Part shown: positions 62,381 to 64,000 of the stretch, piece by piece | Layout: every line of letters starts with the position of its first letter | Numbering within the stretch: the first letter of the stretch is position 1 | Origin: Harriotta raleighana | Lineage: Eukaryota | Direction of reading: 5' to 3' | DNA length: 64,000 bases | NCBI GenBank assembly: GCA_050575255.1 | Contig: JBNZDD010013725.1 | Location: 4,685,009 to 4,749,008 of the forward strand | Position numbers and translations under genes: made by a program | The notes under the pieces: model-generated | What the model was told of the DNA's origin: nothing | Databases searched by the model: none | Seen by the model: only the letters and a program-made list of their open reading frames with translations

Positions 62381-63244
62381 GTTGACATGTGCATACATTA
62401 GGACGGTGAACCCTTCTACAACACGAGCACGTCAGCCTACTTTGTGCAGCAAAAATATCCCTCCCACGTCATCATCCCACATCACATCCATCAAAGAGCA
62501 GTATTAACAACGCCCTTGGACATGATGATCTTCACCACCCTTTCAGACACAAAGCTCGCAAAATCCAAGGCTAGTTCCCAGCAGAAAGCTACACTGGCTT
62601 GTCGCTGTCATTTAATCCACTATGATATTTTGAGTGATACCGGTTGAGAAGCAAAATGCACAAAATTGATACAAATTCGCAGTCCAGAAAATACATAGTC
62701 AATCCCACTTTACAGTATAGGCAGCTATATCAAATGCAAGGATTATTTAAGATTATTACAAATTCCTGGTGTCAGAAAAGATAAATGTAAATATGTATTA
62801 CAGAAGAGACATGGCTTTAATTGCCATTAGGACTCGGGAAGAACCAGCTGCCTTATTCACGATTCAACCTTGTACACAAAGGTGATGTACAACAATGGGT
62901 CACCTCCCACAGACCGTGGTTGAGAGCAGTGTAATGATATCGTGCACTTTTACACTGAAAAGTCAGCAGAGAAATCCTTGAGGCACGCAATGGGAGGAAT
63001 CCTAGTGGTTGCAACCATTCTGCTTTTTATGGGCATTTAAGCAAATTACGATGGCATTTTTTCTCCTTGTGTATTGTTCTTCACTCCTCTCCTGAAGGCA
63101 TTTGATTTTTTTCCCCTTCCACCAGGATATGGCTCCATTCACAGTTTAACATTCTCCCCAGTGCCTTTCCCAAATAGCTATTATTCATATGTGATTCTTG
63201 TCTTAGCCAAGCCCAATCTACAATCTACATATACGCAGGCACAC

Positions 63245-63477
63245 CAAATAGCAAGGACACCAGGAGAAACCTCCTTTTCTTTTCAAATAGTACCATGGGA
63301 TATAAACAGGCATACACAACCTCGGTTCTAACAGCTCATCTGAACATTGCACCTCCAACATTTTTGGATCAGCTTGTCAGCCTAGACTATGTGAGTTCAA
63401 AGTTCCATGATGGGTTTGAACAAATGACCGATAAGACTCAAAGATGAGAGTGCTACCAACTGAGCCAGGCTGACACC
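63245..63477 (-). mobile_element. Old Deu-domain SINE 5' half
   Basis: aggacaccaggaga..aatagtaccatggga..gagagtgctaccaactgagccaggctgacac. Confidence 0.75.
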
Positions 63478-64000
63478 TGACATACATGGTATATGGTGTA
63501 GAGACCAGATATCTCCCTCTTGGGGAGAGTCAATGAAAATAAGTTCAGAGTTACTGCCTGACTATTGCATTGTACCCAAATGACTGACTCCCAAGTGTGT
63601 CTTCTCAATGATACCTGTTTGATTTTAGGATTGACTTCAAGCTCAAAGTCGGAAGGGAGAGAGAATGGTTGCCTCTGAAATCAGTTGAAAATTAGCGACC
63701 AAAATGCTGATGTTTCTTAGAAGATTCAACTTTGAGTCAGTGCAATCATCCCATTTATCAACACAAGATGCATAAAAAAAGCATCTAATTTGTTTGTGAC
63801 ATTATGTATGGTGCATGCCTTGGTTAAGAGACCCGAGAGTATTGAGTCCTAGCTCTCAGTAGTAAGTCATCAGTCGCTCCTGTCAACTGCGTCAGGCCCT
63901 AACCATTTAAGATGTTATAGAGAACCTTCATTTCTGCCAGCAGTCCACAATTCTAGTTGAAGGAGAACATTTCTGTGGGCACTTAGCAGTCCTGTGAAGG

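Overview
AT-rich vertebrate genomic DNA, most likely a cartilaginous fish and possibly a holocephalan such as Callorhinchus; this is inferred from the repeat families only. The whole window lies inside a neuropilin-1 (nrp1) gene on the minus strand. Three internal coding exons with clean GT-AG boundaries and compatible phases encode the end of CUB1 (a1) and all of CUB2 (a2): 53585-53766, 41839-42063 and 1323-1478, equivalent to mammalian NRP1 exons 3, 4 and 5. The rest is intron densely filled with repeats: a young tRNA-headed SINE with an L2-type tail, older Deu-domain SINEs, L2 and CR1 LINE fragments, Penelope-derived palindromic elements and Tigger-like MITEs. Several single-N positions are flanked by duplicated sequence and look like assembly joins between haplotypes. 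I see no new protein-coding system. The most unusual signal is a cluster of template-switching footprints: a perfect 34-nt inverted copy of a site 14 kb away inserted next to exon 5, perfect 47-bp and 21-bp hairpins, and a quasi-palindrome present in perfect and imperfect versions. Other notable items are a hammerhead-ribozyme core on the pre-mRNA strand, a SINE 3'-transduction tag, two unexplained long-range inverted pairs and a candidate poison/terminal exon. Repeat boundaries were set by eye and are approximate, and family names rest on remembered motifs rather than a database search.
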